From NCBI RefSeq assembly GCF_035594765.1, contig NC_085842.1, forward strand, positions 132,693,036 to 132,757,035: a stretch of 64,000 nucleotides of DNA, written 5' to 3'. Position numbers and translations under genes: made by a program. Every line of letters starts with the position of its first letter. Positions within the stretch are counted from its first letter, which is position 1. The notes beneath the pieces were generated by a model. The model had not been told where the DNA came from, did not search any database, and was given only the letters and a program-made list of their open reading frames with translations. This document shows positions 60,999-64,000 of the stretch, piece after piece. The stretch comes from Anolis carolinensis (Eukaryota).

Positions 60999-63411
60999 CT
61001 GTTTAAGAACATAAAGAAGATTTTATTCTTGAGAAAATGAGAAGTGGGCGTTGGTTAATAATTTTTGCAGCTTACAATGTGCTGTGCAAGGAGAATGATG
61101 CTTTAATTGTGGGAAATTATGCTGGTGCAAGGATAATTAATCCATAGTGAAGCCAGCAGGGGCTTGCCTTGAGTCCCTATACTGGGAGAAAGGCGGGATC
61201 AAAATCAAGTATATTAAAAAATAAATACATGTAAAAATTCAAAAGTATAGTACTGCTATTGGAATAGAAAAAAAGGTTTTAGTTTGCCATTACAAATCAA
61301 ATTCAAAATACAAGCTCAAAAGTCTTTCTGGAGAAGAAAAACCCAGTTGTGGGAGAAATCCACACCCAGGTTATTCGGACCCAGGGCATTTGAGCAGCTG
61401 TTGCCTACTGAATAAATGATAGGAACTGGGATCAAGGGATACATGCTCTCTTCTTGGTTTTCTTAGGACATATATGGTTCAATGGTTCCCCCACTCTATA
61501 AACTCAGAAATAAAATTGCCACAAAATAGATATAGCTCAGGACCTGGCAGGATGATAAATAATCAGTTCACCACTCCATGGATTTCCTGAGACACTTGTA
61601 CACACCCTGCCCATAGAGGCATTCCTTTCCGAGCACAACTGGGTATATCTCAAAGAAATTTTGCAACAGTCTGAGTTTGTGTTTTCTGGCTACAGAATCT
61701 GGAGGAATAACAGAATCCATACAGTGCTTTGGCTCAAATCTATTTTGAAAATACTGGTGATCTGAATGTGACACCCCTAGAGCTATGAGCAGAAGAGAGG
61801 ACATGAAACCAAGATCATCTCAGGGTATGGGGAGGCCAATAATCCAAATGCAAAGGCAGCAGGGAGGATGGTTTAGAGGCTTGCTTGGCTAATCTTCTTA
61901 ATTCTCATGGATTCCACAACAGCAAATCCTTTTCAAATTGCATCTGGAAAGCCTGGTAATGGGGAATTAAAATTAGAATGGAGTAGGAGAATGGTTTGTA
62001 AGAAAAGTTCTAATCTCTAGCTGCATTTGAATCAACAAAGACTTTTGCTGCACATCTAGAATACTGTATATGCAGCCGATTTGCCTCAAAAGAACCCTCC
62101 AAACAGCACAGAAATGTTGCTTTAGTTTCCATTGGGTGAAAAAATAACACAGAACCTATCTCTCTCTTTTCTGCCTCCTAGCTCCCACCCACCAACCCTC
62201 ACTCAACCTGTAGGTGCTTGAAGGCTTACCTTTTGAAAAAAAAGCTAGATGGAAGTTGGATATACCTACAGAATTGGGTGACTGTGTGTGAAAAGTAATA
62301 CAGGGAAAGTCAGGTCACGTAACCCACTTCTACCCAGTCACTTTCCCAGAAGGGACTGCTCTGGCTGAAGTCCCAAGAGAATTTGTATCACCATAGAGCA
62401 TGACTGCCATAGAGAAGGAGTGTAGATGTCTTTGTTCCAGAGAGCCAATACTTGTTTCACTCCCCTCTGAAATCCTGTATAAATACCAGCTGCTTTACAA
62501 TACACAAAGCAACAAGCCTCCATGTTGCTGTTTTCATTTCACTACTGAATTGCCAGTAAAAAAAGGGGTGAAATGTTGTACAGAATGCACTATTGCCCTC
62601 TATTACCAAAAACAGCCTAAGAGGAATAAAGCAAGCAACACAATCTTTTTCTTCCCTCTGCTTTATTCTCTATGCATGAATCACAGAGTTCAAGGAGCTA
62701 AGTATCTGTTTATAATAATGTCTCCTTACTTAATCTTCTTTCACCTAGTAATTTCCATCTTGTCAATGACAAGTGGGAAATTTGAGGTTAAAGTGGGTTC
62801 AAGTATTTTCCTTTTTAACGGGCAATTATATCTCAAGTCATGAATTGACCTGGATTCCGATTGAGGATCCAGACATTGGAAAATATACAGCAACAAGGAT
62901 AATTATTCTCTTGGACTACAACTTGCAGAATGTCAAAGCCTACTGAGGGATTTCTGTGAGGAACAGACAAAAAAAAAGTACTTAAAAATACAATACTTTT
63001 CCAGAGATTCATCAGTCTTTTCATGTTCTTTTTATGCTATCAAAGTGAATGTTTTACAGACACATCTATGAAAGTCCCTAACACTTATCACCCAATCCTT
63101 GCCTAAATGACCTGGGTCAGATAGTTCACAAGTAGATGAATGTATTTTGTTTCTTGGCTAACTGTAGCATTTCCCTTCTCCAGCATAGCTAACAATAGTC
63201 GTCTAAATGTCAAGAAAAAGGGGCAGTCATGTGGGATTCCACTACTTTGGAAATTTACCATTTCCTCCTTGTATCTTGGAAACATCCCAGCATAAGAACC
63301 TGTTTCCTGTCCCACTTTTGCTAGAAAAAAAGCATTGTTCATTCACCAGTCTTTCTGGCTGCAGAGTGAACTCTATGACATATTGCTTAGAGAGCTCTTG
63401 CTGGGTAATAC

Positions 63412-63516
63412 CTGAAATGCCTTGGCAAAAACTACTGCCAGTTGCCCTTGATCATATAGCATCTTCTCAAAGTGAGGGACATGCCAACGTTGGTCAGTGG
63501 AGTAGCGATGGAAGCC
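63412..63516 (-). CDS. SPATA20: SPATA20 coding exon (first in window): [35 protein letters not shown]
   Basis: 105 nt, flanked by tttag acceptor and gtatta donor; contains the [21 protein letters not shown] motif of SPATA20/YyaL-like proteins. The gene continues beyond the window end. Confidence 0.95.
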
Positions 63517-63889
63517 CTAAAGAAGAGGAAGAAGAGACAATAAAATGAAAAGTTTAATAATTTCTCCCCAATTTAGAACTGCGGTTAGATCTCCCACACC
63601 TAGTTTTTAACTGAAATGTTTGTTTGTCTAAACTAGGGTTATCTTGAGTTAATTCAAAAGTACAGACAGTCCAAGCCACTCAAACATAGAGGTTCCAAAA
63701 CAGGCCAGAGAGCCCAAAGGATGGGGAGACCATCATCATCATCAAAATTGTTTTTATTATGATGTTGCCGTATAATTGATGACTCTATGATGTTCAATGT
63801 ATTGATTGGGCCTGGTCCCCATGTGAGCCACTCCGAGTCCCCGTTGGGGGAGATGGAGGCGGCATGCAAAAATAAAGTTATTATTATTA

Positions 63890-64000
63890 TCATCATCATG
63901 GGCAATCATTCGTGGTTGAGTATGACTGTCTTCCGGAGGTAGAGTCTTAACTGTGGATACATAAATGACTGTGAAGACCTATTCTGGATGCATGTAGTCT
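63890..64000 (-). mobile_element. RTE LINE 3' end (runs off window)
   Basis: (CAT)n tail; similar to the 3' end of the RTE at 9837-9930. Confidence 0.6.

Noticed and set aside
124-63905. Most 60-150 aa ORFs in the supplied track
   Set aside because: Low-complexity, antisense to repeats or random in composition, with no splice or homology support.

Overview
Eukaryotic, repeat-rich genomic DNA, most likely from a squamate reptile; the SINE/LINE/MITE repertoire looks Anolis-like. The only host gene is the 3' part of SPATA20 on the minus strand. It has 9 coding exons (63516 down to 30584) that splice in frame through GT-AG introns to 472 codons including the stop, with a poly(A) signal at 30485 and a 14.5-kb last intron. 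The rest is intronic or intergenic and filled with transposable elements: CR1, RTE/BovB, RTE-X, Vingi, L2-type tails, tRNA- and 5S-derived SINEs, several solo LTRs, and Tc1/mariner, Tigger, Harbinger and hAT MITEs. Three features stand out. (1) A 789-bp Tc2/Kanga-type DNA transposon in a SPATA20 intron has captured a genomic piece of another gene: a CpG-rich promoter, the first coding exon and the splice donor of AATF, co-oriented with SPATA20 (Pack-TIR-type capture). (2) A solo LTR has an intact 165-aa acidic ORF in its U3 region, carrying a close match to the TND/LEDGF-interacting motif (LRDIFAESTDEDSFEGF). (3) Two nested solo LTRs carry tandem arrays of tRNA-Leu primer-binding sites inside the LTR. 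Family and gene names are recognised from memory, not from database searches.
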